Made by a program: the position numbers and the translations under genes | The notes under the pieces: model-generated | What the model was told of the DNA's origin: nothing | What the model saw: only the letters and a program-made list of their open reading frames with translations | The model's database searches: none | Shown: piece by piece, positions 1-12,114 of the stretch | How positions within the stretch are numbered: position 1 is the stretch's first letter | How the letters are laid out: each line of letters begins with the position of its first letter | DNA from: Mobula hypostoma | Taxonomy: Eukaryota | Length of the DNA: 64,000 nucleotides | Assembly (NCBI RefSeq): GCF_963921235.1 | Contig: NC_086108.1 | Span: 14,012,001 to 14,076,000 of the forward strand | Reading direction: 5' to 3'

Positions 1-1656
1 CTGGGACCCTGTATCTTACTGGGGTTAATGGACCACCCCTGATCCCTCAGGGAGGTAACGAAGTCACCTAATGCTTGCTGCACTGCCTCCTGCGAGGGCC
101 CCTGTAACAACACGTTGTCTATGTGGTGAGACACAGAGACACTAGGATCTAACTGTATCTCCTGTAAGTGGGACATGTGGACATACCCCTGGGGGAGGCA
201 GCAGAAAGTGACCTTCCCATGTAAAGGCAAACTGGTCCTGCTATTCGGGACTCAGGGGAATGGAGTAAAAGGCATTGGCCAATTCCACTACTGCATACCA
301 ATGCTTCCTCCTTCTACCCCCTATGTCCTCAGTGAGGGTAACAGCACTTGTGAGGGGCTGTTTATCCAATTGTCGATAATCGACCATCAAGCACCATGTC
401 CCAACTCCCTTCTGCTCTGGCCACACCGGACTATTATAAGGAGGCACGACAGGGTGAATGACTCCCTCACGTGATAGAGCTTGTACAGTCTCCCAAATCT
501 CTTTGGTGCCTCTTGGGATCTGGTATTGTTCGGTGTTGACGTCTTTCAATGGGAGAGAATCACCAACACTCCCACTTAGCCAATCCCACCAACACCTTCG
601 CCCGGGCCACCCCAAAGGAAAAATTGCCCTTAGATCTGCCCCTCAACACATTCATGCCCAGAATACATACAGGAGATGCTGCACCTCAGACAATCATGGG
701 TCCTGTTCTGAGGGCTACCCACAAAGTAACCTCCCAGGCAGGAAGAAGGTAACCCCTCAAGCCGTCTATGGTAACCCAGAGACACTGCCAAATGTCAGGA
801 TTACCCAGAATGAGTGCATGCCCGGCGCTGGTATCTACCAGTGCCGTCCATCACTGCACATTCCCCTCACCCCAATGCATCACAATAGGTATGTAAGGCC
901 CTGAGTGCCCCCAGCAGGGAAAGGGCAGGCAAGCATAACCACCAGGAGTCCTGACCACACCCCAACAGGAACGAGACAGGGGCACGCCACCCATGGGTGG
1001 GCACCCACTGCTGCTGGAGGTCAGCTGTGGCCCTTTACAATGACTCCAGCACAGGATATATGGAATCCTGACCTTCAGACGTGGAAACTGGGGCTTGATC
1101 AGGCAAGCTTCTGTCCGAGGAGAGGTTAGATAATGAGACCCCTCTCTTGGCTTTTGTAATGGGAGCCCACTGGTGGAGGTTCTTAGATCCTCCCCCTACT
1201 GTGCTCCATTCCACCAGGGCTTTAAATCCCATTCATGGAGGGGAGCATACCTGACCATAACTGCAGCTGCCACTCATTCCCATAGCACTAAATTTGCCTC
1301 CTGGGAACCTCAGGGCATTATTAATCATATGTTGAAATGATAAGCCCCTAAAATACCCATCTCTGCACTAGATAGGGTCACTCCTGTACATCCCTCATCC
1401 CATATCCTCACATCTTCGTGGCCAGAGACTCCACAGACCTCTGCCTGTACCGATCTGCTAATTCCATCAATTCCTTAGCGGAGAACTCCCTGGTCACTGT
1501 GATCACTGTACTACGACTGACCCATTCGTGACCAACCTCCTTGACCTCTGGAGTGGGAGAGGCTGCTTGCCGAGTATAGAACCACGTGGTCACTGGCCTG
1601 GCCTATAAGGACTTCAGTGTGGGCAATCTTTTCAAGAGGAAATCCCAGAACTCCAC
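1..1656 (-). mobile_element. Degenerate ERV-L-like (class III) endogenous retrovirus: gag C-terminal part, protease and RT N-terminal half; continues beyond the left window edge
   Basis: Minus-strand translations. Gag-like TREFSAKELMELADRYRQRS (1408-1593). Protease RPYIPIVMHWGEGNVQ*WTALVDTSAGHALILGNP (~800-905). RT QYQIPRGTKEI..PYNSPVWP..WCLMVDYRQL..VELANAFYSIPL (241-615), then QDQFAFTWEG, LPQGY, HHIDNVLLQG (decayed YIDD) and GWSINPSKIQGP (1-240). These follow ERV-L pol motifs in order, with stops and frameshifts. Confidence 0.85.
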
Positions 1657-1669
1657 TCTATCCTCTCTT

Positions 1670-2528
1670 TCTTTCTTTCTTTTTCAATCTTTTTATTAAT
1701 TTCATAGAATGAAAATATAACATAGCAATAATACAAATAGTAGGAGATACATTGTTACACTTAAAATGAGTAATTGTAAGACCAAATAGTATAAATTGAC
1801 AAAGCTCCCAATCATGTAGAATAGCAATACAAAGCAAACAAAAAATACAAAGCAAAAAAAACTGAAGAAAAATCATGAAAAAGAAAAAAAAATAGAAAAA
1901 AAAGCAAACCCCATCCCCCCAAAAAACTAAACAAAACAGAATTAGTCAACTAAACTAAAAGACTTGGGAAATACTAACAACTTAAAAATGGGAAAGAAGA
2001 AAACCTTAGTGTTGACGACTCCATTCCTCTCAACCAACAGTACAGAGAGATAAAACAAGTTTGGAAATGGTCAAATTACATCGAATGAAAATGCTGAATG
2101 AATGGCCTCCAAGTTTTTTCAAATCTAATGGAAGGGTCATAAACCGCACTTCTAATTTTTTCCAAATCCAAACACACCATAGTTTGTGAAAACCAATGAA
2201 ATACAGTAGGAGGGTTAATCTCTTTCCAATTCAGCAAAATGGATCTTCTAGCCATTAAAATAAGAAATGCCATCATCCTACGTGCTGAAGAGGTTCAACA
2301 ATTTGAATCTATCATTGGTAATCCAAAGATAGCAGTAATTGGGTGAGGCTGTAAGTCTATATTCAAAACCGTTGAAATAATGTCAAAAATATCTTTCCAA
2401 TATTTTTCCAACAAAGGACATGACCAAAACATGTGAGTTAAAGAAGCTATCTCGAAATGACATCTATCACATATTGGATTAATATAAGAATAATAACGAG
2501 ATAGTTTATCTTTGGACATATGAGCCCT
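1670..2528 (-). mobile_element. 5'-truncated L1/Tx1-type LINE inserted into the ERV gag
   Basis: ORF2 C-terminal cysteine motif CDRCHFEIASLTHMFWSCPLLEKYW (2295-2519) and MMAFLILMARRSILLNWK (2076-2276). The element strand ends AATAAAAAGATTGAAAAAAG(AAAG)n. A 13-bp TSD TCTATCCTCTCTT sits at 1657-1669 and 2529-2541. Confidence 0.88.
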
Positions 2529-2541
2529 TCTATCCTCTCTT

Positions 2542-3070
2542 CCACATCGTCACCTTCCAGCCAGACTTCCCCATTCCATATCCCCGCGTAGAGATCATTG
2601 CCCCGCCTCATCATGGCTCAATTCTTAACGGGATCTGGTTGTCAGTTAGCCCTTTGAGCGGCCTCTAAACTCTGTACCTTCATTAGCCGACAGGATATCT
2701 CTGTACCCTTAACTTCTAGCGCTGTGGCCCAGATCTGTGCAGTTGTGGCGGCTTCCCCCATGGCAATACAGCACTCACGCAACTCTGCAATCTCATCCTT
2801 AAGCTGCTTGTTTTGGTGCTTTACCATAGCTGCAAGCAGTTAGAAAGCATCCCTTTGACTCCCTTTTCCCCTGGGAAACCCTAAAAAGTTAAGTATGGAT
2901 GGGATGTGGTGTCCAGTTTCAGCGCCAGAGAAATCCAACTGATCTGACTAATCCACAGGCGGTCCGTAACCCACATTAGGTTTGCGAGGCTACCAACTCT
3001 GTCCACCCAGGGAATCTGCATCTCTCATGTGCGGTTTTTCTCTCTTACTTATCCATCTAAAAATACTCAT
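2542..3070 (-). mobile_element. 5' part of the same ERV (gag N-terminal, coiled-coil-like segment)
   Basis: Resumes after the L1 TSD. ORF 2642-2827 MVKHQNKQLKDEIAELRECC..LEVK..LMKVQSLE is heptad-like. The assignment rests mainly on contiguity, and no LTR or primer-binding site was recognised. Confidence 0.55.
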
Positions 3071-3139
3071 CCTCTGTCCCAAATGCTGGATTGTGCCACA
3101 ACCATGTCAAACATAATGTAGGAGAGCAGGTTCAAGGAT

Positions 3140-5105
3140 CCAGTGACTGAAACAGGACACACAAATTTAAAATCAAAAAGGGTGAATACAGGACTGAAGG
3201 TGTTATATCTGAATGCATGCAGTAAACGGAATAAGGTAGATGAACTAGTAGCACAGTTGCAGATTGGCAGGTATGATGTTGTAGGTATCACTGAATCATG
3301 GCTAAAAGAAGATTATAGCTGGGAGCTTAATGCTGAAAGGGCAATATTACAATAATCATGGTGGATTTCAATATGCAGGTAGATTGGGAAAGTCAAGTTG
3401 GTGCTGGATTTCAAGAGGGGGGATTTCTTGAGTGCCTATGTGATGGCTTCTTAGAGTAGCTCGTGATTGAGCCCACTAAGGGATCAGCTATTCTGGATTG
3501 GGTGTTGCACAATGAACCAAAATTGGTTAGAGACATTAAGGTAAAAGAACCCTTAAGAGGAAGCGATCATAATCTGATTGAATTCACCCTGAAATTTGAG
3601 ACAAGAGGAGCTAAAGCCAGATGTATCAGTGAAGTAAAGGAAATTACAGAGGCATGAGAGAGGAGTTGGCCAGAATTGATTGGAAAAGAACACTGGCAGG
3701 GTTGATGGCAGATCAGCAATGGCTGGAATTTATAGACATAGACATAGAAAATAGGTGCAGGAGTAGGCCATTCGGCCCTTCGAGCCTGCACCGCCATTCA
3801 GTACGATCATGGCTGATCATCCAACTCAGAACTCTATACCTGCCTTCTCTCCATACCCCCAATCCCTTTAGCCACAAGGGCCATATCTAATTCCCTCTTA
3901 AATATAGCCAATGAACTGGCCTCAACTGTTTCCTGTGGCAGATTCACCACTCCCTGTGTGAAGAGGTTTTTCCTCATCTCAGTCCTAAAAGGCTTCCCCT
4001 TTATCCTCAAACTGTGATCCCTCGTTCTGGACTTCCCCAACATCGGGAACAATCTTCTGACATCGAGCCTGTCCAATTCCTTTAGAATTTTATACATTTC
4101 AATCAGATCCCCCCTCAATCTTCTAAATTCCAGAGAGTATAAGCCTAGTCGATCCAGCCTTTCATCATATGAAAGTCCTGCCATCCCAGGAATCAATCTG
4201 GTGAACCTTCTTTGTACCCCCTCTATGGCAAGAATGTCTTTCCTCAGATTAGGGGACCAAAACTGCACACAATACTCTAGGTGTGGTCTCACCAAGGCCA
4301 TGTACAACTGCAGTAGTACCTCCCTGCTCCTGTACTCGAATCCTCATCTAAGTCATTAATATATATTATAAACAACTGGGGTCCCAGCACTGAGCCTTGC
4401 AGTACCCCACTAGTCACTGCCTGCCATTCTGAAAAGGTCCCATTTATTCCCACTCTTTGCCTCCAGTCTGCCAACCAATTCTTTATCCACATCAATACCA
4501 TACCCCCAATACTGTGTGCTTTAAGTTTGCACACTAATCTCCTGTGTGGGACCTTGTCAAAAGCCTTTTGAAAATCCAAATATACCACATCCACTGGTTC
4601 TCCCCAATCCACTCTACTAGTTACATCCTCAAAAAATTCCATGAGATTCATCAGACATGACTTTCCCTTCACAAATCCATGCTGACTTTGTCCGATGATT
4701 TTACCACTTTCCAAATGTGCTGTTATCACATCTTTAATAACTGACTCCAGCATTTTCCCCACCACCGATGTCAGGCTTACCGGTCTATAATTCCCTGGTG
4801 TCTCTCTCCCTCCTTTTTTAAAAAGCGGGGTTACATTAGCCACCCTCCAATCCTCAGGAACTAATCCAGAATCTAAAGCAATTCAGAAGGTACAGGATAT
4901 ATATATCCCAAAGAGGAAGAAGTATTCTAAAAGAAAGATGACAAAACCATAGCTAATGAGAAATCGAAGCCAACATAAATGCCAAAGAGAGGGCATATAA
5001 TAGAGCAATAGTGGGAAGTTCGAAGCTTGGGAAGCTTTTAAAAACCAACAGAAGACAATTAAAAAAGCAATTAAGAAGGTAAATATGGAATATGAAAGTA
5101 AGCTT
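3140..5105 (+). mobile_element. CR1 LINE ORF2 endonuclease fragment, split by a younger minus-strand CR1
   Basis: LKVLYLNACSKRNKVDELVAQLQIGRYDVVGITESWL and EPTKGSAILDWVL..GSDHNLIEF are APE motifs. The sequence resumes at ~4877 (GCAATTCAGAAGGTACAGGAT...). Confidence 0.85.
3732..4876 (-). mobile_element. CR1 LINE 3' portion (RT and 3' UTR, with an internal deletion)
   Basis: [46 protein letters not shown] (4289-4843) and LVRPHLEYCVQFWSP (3834-4307). A (TCTATG)n-type tail lies at ~3732-3750. Confidence 0.92.
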
Positions 5106-6530
5106 TCCCATAATTACCGTGCATTCTAACTCCTCTTTCCTAATCACATGTCCAATGAAGTTACGTTGCCTTTTCATGATCTCATACATTATTTCTCTTT
5201 TTGTGTTTGCTCTGTTCATGACATCCTTGTTAGATATTCATTTCATCCATGATATTCTTTGCGTCCTCCTCAAAAACCACATTTCTGCTGCTACAATTTG
5301 TTTCTTCATGTTACTAGATATTGTCCAATATTCTGAGCCATATAACATAACTGGATAAACATAGCATTTCAGTACTCTGAGGCAGGTTGTCATGCCTAGT
5401 TTAGTATTGGTCAGTATACTCTTCGTTCTTGTAAGGGTGTCTTTTGCCATCCCTATTCTTCTTTTGATGTCCAAGTTGCACCTGCCATCTGATGTCACCC
5501 AGCTTCCTAAGTAGCAAAAGTACTTTACTTGTTTTATGTCTTCCCTTCTTCTTCTTTTTGGATATCACCATACATTCTGTCTTTTTGCAATTGATAGATA
5601 GACCCATTTTTTCACTTTCTTCGACAATTATATCAATTAAGTTTTGTAGTTCTTCCTCCATACTTGCAATTAACACAGTCATCTGCATATCTGAAATTAT
5701 TGATGGTTTCACCACCAACTTTGATTCCCAAGATATCTCTTATTTTTTGTAATATTGTTTTGCTGTACACATTAAATAAATCAGAGGAGAAAATGCACCC
5801 TTGTCTAACGCCTCTCTTGATTTTCGCAAACTGACTCACTTCTCCATCTATTCTTACAGCGGCAGTTTGTTCCCAGTACAGATTTCTGATTAGGCGGAGG
5901 TCTTTTGAATCTAGATCTAGAGTTTTCTGTAATATTTCAAATAATGTATTGTGCTTCACTTTATCAAATGCTTTTGTGTGTCGATAAAACAAACAAACAA
6001 ATCTTTTTGCACTTGAATAGCTTGTTCTGATAGTATCCTTAACATCAATATTGCATTTCTTGTACCTTTGTCTTTCACAAAACCACATTGTTCTTTGCCT
6101 ATTTCAGCTTGTATCTTATTTTTAGCTCTTGTCATCAAAATTCTTAGAAGTATCTTGGTGATATGACTCATTAAACTTATGGTCCTATGTAATTCACATT
6201 CTATTGCTCCAGCTTTCTTAGGAAGAGTGATAAATACTGATTTTTTCATCTCTTCTGGTATTATTCCAGTCTCATAAATGTCATTGATCAAATCAGTAAG
6301 TTTTTCAATTCCATAATCTTCAAAGGCAATAATTTGTTCTATTACTAATTCATCAGGACCTGCTGCCTTTCCTTTCTTTATCTTATTTATTGCATTACGA
6401 ACTTCAGATTTTAAAATACTTGGACCTTCAATGTTTTTCTTAATTTCTGGTTTTTCGCCTCAATCGTCTTCAAACAATTCCTGAATATACTCAGTCCATC
6501 TGTTCATAATCTCATCTTCTTTCATGATAA
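5103..6530 (-). mobile_element. RTE-clade LINE, RT fragment
   Basis: IPEEMKKSVFITLPKKAGAIECELHRTISLMSHITKILLRI..EQCGFVKDKGTRNAI, KRGVRQGCIFSSDLFNVY..INNFRYADD and LKCYVYPVMLYGSEYWTI..AAEMWFLRR; frameshifted. Confidence 0.88.
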
Positions 6531-6733
6531 TGTGGTCATACCTTTCTTATTTGCATCAAATAGTCATACAGCATAGAACCAAGCCCTTTGGCCCACTAAA
6601 TCCATGCTAATGACTGCATGCATTTGCATATGCCTTACATTAATTCCATTCTATTTTCCTCACATTTCCAAATTCTCCCCCCACATTCTGGAGCTGTGAG
6701 GTAGCGGCTCCACCAGCTGCTTCTCCTGCAGCA

Positions 6734-6875
6734 CTCACTGTGTAGACCAGCTCATAGGATATAACACAGTAGGTGATAAACCAGCAGCTCCACCAGGCTA
6801 CGTTCACTGTATAAACTAGCTCATAGGATATAACAGGGGAGGTGATAAACCAGCGGCTCTGCCAGGCTACGTTCA
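6734..6875. repeat. Tandem duplication of a ~69-bp unit (2 copies)
   Basis: TCACTGTRTARACYAGCTCATAGGATATAACA...GGTGATAAACCAGC..CTC..CCAGGCTACGT occurs twice head-to-tail. Confidence 0.8.
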
Positions 6876-7239
6876 AAGTAAGTGATAGATCAAGGAAATG
6901 CTGTTAGTTAACCTGGCATCAATGGTAGGAAATGTGAGAAATTTTGGTCTTTTTTCCTAAAAAGTTGATGTTCTTGACATAGAGAAGGTGCAGTGAAGAT
7001 TCATCAGACTGTCTCCAGGAATGGTGGGTTTGCTGTATGTGCAGAGGTCCAGTAGGCTGTGACTCCATTCACTGGAGTTTAGATACATGAGAAGTGATCT
7101 CGATTGAAATATACAATCTTCTGACAGGGCTCGACAGGGTTGCTGAAGGGAGACTGTTCACTTTGGCTGAGGAGTCCACAAGGAGAGGTTAGCAAGCACT
7201 GAAACAAAAACATTTCATTACACAGCCAGTGTCCTGCCC

Positions 7240-9012
7240 TTGTCTGAGAAAGGCAACAGGAAACTATCAGGAAACTATAGGCAGGTGAGTTTTACAGCAG
7301 AGGTAAATTATTGGAGAAGATTTTTTTGGGACCAGTTTTACTTGCATTTGGAAGCATGGATTTAATTGGGATCATCAACATTGTTTTGCATGGGCGGTCC
7401 TACCTCACAAACTTGAGTTTTTTGAGGTGACAACGATGATTGGCGGAGATAGGGCAGTGGATGTCGCCTACATGGACTTTAGTAAAGCATCTGACAGGGT
7501 CTCTAATGGTGGGCTGATTAATTCACTTGGGATCCATGGTGAGATGTTAAATTGGAGTGATAGAAGGATATTATTCCGACTGAAGGTCTGCGACAAGTGA
7601 CGGTCTGAGAATATCAGTCCTGGGACCTCTGCTATTCGTTAGTTACCTGGAAGAAAATGTAGATGGACTGATAGTGAGTTTGCAGATGACACAGGAAATG
7701 TTGGTGCTGAGGATAATGAAATTGAAGATTTGTCAAAGGATACTGCAGGATATTGATTACTTGGAAGTATGGGCAGAGAAATGGAAGGTGGAGTTTAATC
7801 TGGACAAGAGTGAGGTGATAAACTTTGGAAGATCAAATGTAAGAAGCAAGTATACAGTAAATGGCATGACACCAAGGACTCAGGTATACAGATTGTTGGG
7901 GTGTAATTCCATAGCTCCCTGAAAGTGGCAACACACGTCGATATGGTAATAAAGAAGTCATATAGCATGCGTGCCTTCATCAGTCTAAATTGAGTATAAA
8001 TGCTGGGAAGTCATGTTGCAGCTGTACAGGCCACATTTGGAGTATTGTGTGTATTACTGGTTACTGCTCCCTAGAAAGCATGTGGAGGCTTTGGCGAGAG
8101 TGCAGGAGTGGTTTACCAGGATGCAGCCTGGATTGAAATATATTGGTATGAGGAGAGGTTGGAGCATTGAAGAGACCTGATAGAGGTTTATAAAATGAGA
8201 GTTTATACAACTATGGTTTATAATTAAAAATAAATTATAATTTATTGATAGATTTATTGATAGTTTTATAAAACTATGATAGCATAGACAAAGTTTTTTT
8301 CCTGGAAATGTCAAATACCAGAGGGCATTGCTTTAAGGTGATGGATGGGACTAGTTTAATAGAGACTTGAGTGTCAAGTTTTTAACATGGAAAATGGCTG
8401 GTGCCTAGAATATACTGAGAGTGCAGGTACTGGAAACAGATACAATAGGGGATTTAACGGGCTTTTAGACAGACACAGACAGGTGGGGAATGGTGGGATG
8501 TGGGTCATTTAGACAGACACACAGACAGGTGGGAAATGGTGGGAAGTGGGTCATTTAAACAGACACACAGACAGGTGGGAAATGGGGGGATGTGGGTCAT
8601 TTAGACAGACACAGACAGGTGGGGAATGGTGGGATGCGGGTCATTTAGACAGACACACAGACAGGTGGGAAATGGTGGGAAGTGGGTCATTTAAACAGAC
8701 ACACAGACAGGTGGGAAATGGGGGGATGTGGGTCATTTAGACAGACACAGACAGGTGGGGAATGGTGGGATGCGGGTCATTTAGACAGACACACAGACAG
8801 GTGGGGAATGGTGGGATGCGGGTCATTTAGACAGACACACAGACAGGTGGGGAATGGTGGGCCGTGGGTCATTTAGACAGACACATGGACAAGTGGCAAA
8901 TGGGGGTTATAGATCATGCACTAGATAGAACTAGTTTGTTCTGGTTCCTGGTTTGTGCAGACAATGGGGGCCAAAGGGCCCGTTCGTGTGTTGTACTGGT
9001 CTATGTTCTATA
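7240..9012 (+). mobile_element. Degenerate CR1 LINE RT/3' end carrying an internal minisatellite
   Basis: AYMDFSKASDRV-like, FADDT, QDIDYLEVWAEKWKVEFNLDKSEVINFG and PHLEYC segments, ending in a ...CTATGTTCTAT tail. Confidence 0.8.
8464..8915. repeat. Minisatellite of ~10 units of 44/46 bp with a 136-bp higher-order period
   Basis: Unit TTTAGACAGACAC(AC)AGACAGGTGGGRAATGGTGGGATGTGGGTCA. The ORFs at 8546 and 8682 have identical N-termini 136 bp apart. Confidence 0.95.
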
Positions 9013-10854
9013 TTCACACAGAGAAAGTGGATCCTTAATAATCTCTTCCTAGGTGGTTTGTGAAAAGCTAGTCATTGAGAGCTGGATAGATGACCAGATG
9101 TCTAAAGAATGAAGACATATGGGTACAATGGTGGAAAGCTGCACTGAGATTGCAGATCTGCCAGTGTCCTGATAAAGTGCAGAGCAGGGGTTGGATGTCC
9201 AAATCCTACTTTCATTTCTTGTCCTGATGATCAAGGGATTGTCAATTTACTCATTTGTGGAAGAAACAACATAAAAGATGGTTGAAGGTCAATTCTGACA
9301 AAGGGTCTTTGAGCTGAACCATTAACTCTGTTTCTTTTCCCAGAGATGTGGCTTGACCTCCTGTGTATTTTCAGCACCATAACAAAAAACCCCCGGTGTG
9401 TTTATACACTAACCTTGAAAGTGGTGACGTTCACCAGGAATCCTTGTCATTGCTAGATGTTCCAGGGATTCCCTCAGTGAGGGAATCCACAGACGTGTTG
9501 TGATTGTCTTCCATTTATAAAAATGGACTTGCATACAGTATATTGCAGCCTGGTTCCCAGGTTTTGCCTGCCCTTTAGAATTCTCCCACGTAGCAAAGAG
9601 CCTAAGTAGCACATGGTAATCAGATACTTGGTCTTTGGTCCTAGTTGGCCAGTGCATTGTGGGAGTGAGATTTGAAAAAGTGAGTGGAGCCAATTGGGAC
9701 ACTCTGCATGCCTGACTGCAAGGAGCCTTTGGCGAGCGCATTGTGGAAGTGAGATCTGAAAAAGTGAACGGGGCCAGCCAGGACATTCTGCACGCCTGAG
9801 ACTGTGGGGTAATTAGGCACTTGGGAAAGCCATTAGAATTAAGTCAGCCGCTGTGGGAGCAGCCTTAGTGTGAGTGGGCTTGTGTTAGAGTGAGGGTTTG
9901 AGGATTTGCCTCAAAGAAGGTTTGGCAAAGGCTAAGGTTGGTTTCTTCCTTACGTTGTCCGTCACTGCCTAGCTAGCGTAGTGAGAATGGGTCCAGAAAC
10001 CTGGTGAACTTCATGTCAGATGTAGGAATTCTGGCGGACCTGCTGTCTCCTTGATAACTACATCTGCGTAAAGAGTATCCAGCTGCAGCTCCTTACAAGC
10101 CATGCTAGAGAACTGGAGCTGCAGCTGGATGACCTATGGCTCATTTTGGAGATAGATAAAATTGACAGAGAGGTAGTCACCCCTAATTTATAGGAGGCAG
10201 GCAGCTGGGAGACTGTCAGGAGAGGGAAACGGAATAGGCAGGCAGTACCGCTTTGGATACTGTTGCGGCGAGGGGGAGAGGGGGAATATCAGGGGAAAAC
10301 CGTAGCAACCAGGTATCTGACACTGAGTCTGGCTCCATGACTCAGAGGGGAAGGGAAGACAAGGAGTGCAGTGGTGATAGGGGATTCAATAGCTAGGGGA
10401 GCCGACAGGAGATTCTGTGAATGTGAAAGAGACACGCGGATCACATGTTGCCTCACTGGTGCCGGGGTCTGGGAAATCTCTGCTCGGGTCTACATCATTC
10501 TACAGGGGAGGGTGAGCAGCCAAAAGTCATGGTATGTATTGGCATTAACGACATAGGTAAGAAAAGGGTTGAGGTCCTGAAGAGAGAATCAAGGGAGCTA
10601 TTCAGAAGCTGAAAAGCAAGACCTCAAGGATGGTAATCTCTGGATTGCTGCCTGTGCCATGTGCCAGTGAGAGAAAGAATAGGATGATTTGGCAGCTGAA
10701 TGTGTGGCTGAGGAAATGGTGCAAGGGCAAGCGTTTCAGATTTGTGTATCATTGGGATCTCTTCTGGTGAAGGTATGACCTGTATAAAAGAGCAGGTTAC
10801 ACCTGAACTTGAGTGGGACAAACATTCTTGTGGGCAGATTTGCTACAGCTGTTA

Positions 10855-10947
10855 GATAGATAGATAGATAGATAGATATACTTTATTAATCCCGAGGGAA
10901 ATTGGGTTTCGTTACAGCTGCACCAACCAAGAATAGAGCATAAATAT
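10855..10947 (-). mobile_element. Short LINE 3'-end fragment with a (GATA)n tail (probably Rex1/Babar-type)
   Basis: (GATA)~5 followed by TACTTTATTAATCCCGAGGGAAATT. A related end with a (TAG)n tail occurs at ~29484-29715. Confidence 0.55.
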
Positions 10948-11350
10948 GAGCAGGGTTTAAACTAGTTTGGCAGTGGTGTCAGAACCAGAGTGATAGGTCA
11001 GAGGATGGACAGTTAGTGTAAAGATAGATGCAGTTTGTAGAGAGACTGTGAGGAAGGATAGACAGCTGATAGGGCAAAATTGCAGTCAGGGGATGGGTTA
11101 AGGTGTATCTATTTTAATGCATGAAGTATCAGGAACAAGGGTGATGAACTTAGAGCATGGGTCAGTCCATGGAACCACAATGTTATGACCGTTACAGAGA
11201 CTTGGCTGTCACAAGGGCAGGAATGGCTGCTGATTGGGAGGCAAATTTTAGAAGCGTGCAAAAAATAACAGGGTTTTTGTCAGAGTTAACTTCAACTTTC
11301 CTAATATTGATTGGGATCTTGTTAGTGCAAAAGGTTTAATTGAGGTGGAA

Positions 11351-11474
11351 ACACGAGGAATTCTGCAGATGCTGGAAATCCAATCAATGAAGGGACTCGG
11401 CCCGAAACGTCGACTGTACCTCTTCCTAGAGATGCTGCCTGGCCTGCTGCGTTCACTAGCAACTTTGATGTGTG
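11351..11474 (+). mobile_element. Short Penelope-like element insertion (pseudo-LTR end with an inverted 5' tail)
   Basis: 15-bp TSD TTAATTGAGGTGGAA at 11336-11350 and 11475-11489. It carries ..ATGAAGGGACTCGGCCCGAAACGTCGACTG..GATGCTGCCTGGCCTGCTGCGTTCAC, shared with the PLE ends at 57206 and 63397. Confidence 0.85.
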
Positions 11475-12114
11475 TTAATTGAGGTGGAATTTGTTAGGTG
11501 TGTCTGGGAAGGATTCTTGACTCAATACCGACACAAGCCAATGGGAGGGGAAGCTATGCTCGATCTGATGCTAGGCAGTGAACCTAATCAGGTGTCAGAT
11601 CTCAGCGGGAAAGCATTTCGGAAACAGTGACCACATCTCTCCGACTTTTAGTCTAGCCTTGGAGAGAGATAGATGCAGATGATATGGGAAAGTAGTTAAT
11701 TAATTGGGGAGGGGGAAATTATAATGATATTAGGCAGGAACTGGGGATTATAAATTGGGAATGGATGTATCAGTGAAATGCAAAACAGTAAGACAGAGGT
11801 TGTTTAGGGAGCACTTGCCTGGGGTTCTACATATGTCTGTCCCATTGACGCAGGGAAAGAATGATAGTTTGAAGGAACCAAGGTTGATGAGATGTGGAAC
11901 ATCATGTCTGGAGTCAGAGGAGGTAGGGAAGGGTTGTAATGAATACTTTGTTTCAGTAATCACCAATGAGAGGGACCTTGACATTTGTGTGGACAGCATA
12001 TAACAGGCTAACATGTTAGAATCCGTTGATGCTAAAAAAAAGAGCATGAGCTGGAACTTTTGAAAAAGAGTAGAATAAATAAGAACCTGGGGCCAGACAA
12101 AATATACTTTAGGT

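Noticed and set aside
3070..3135. ERV primer-binding site or 5' LTR
   Set aside because: TGGTTGTGGCAC.. on the minus strand did not match a tRNA 3' end I could recognise, and CR1 sequence follows immediately.
8464..8915. CRISPR-like regular array
   Set aside because: The units are contiguous with no unique spacers, no cas genes are present and the context is eukaryotic. It is a CR1-derived minisatellite.
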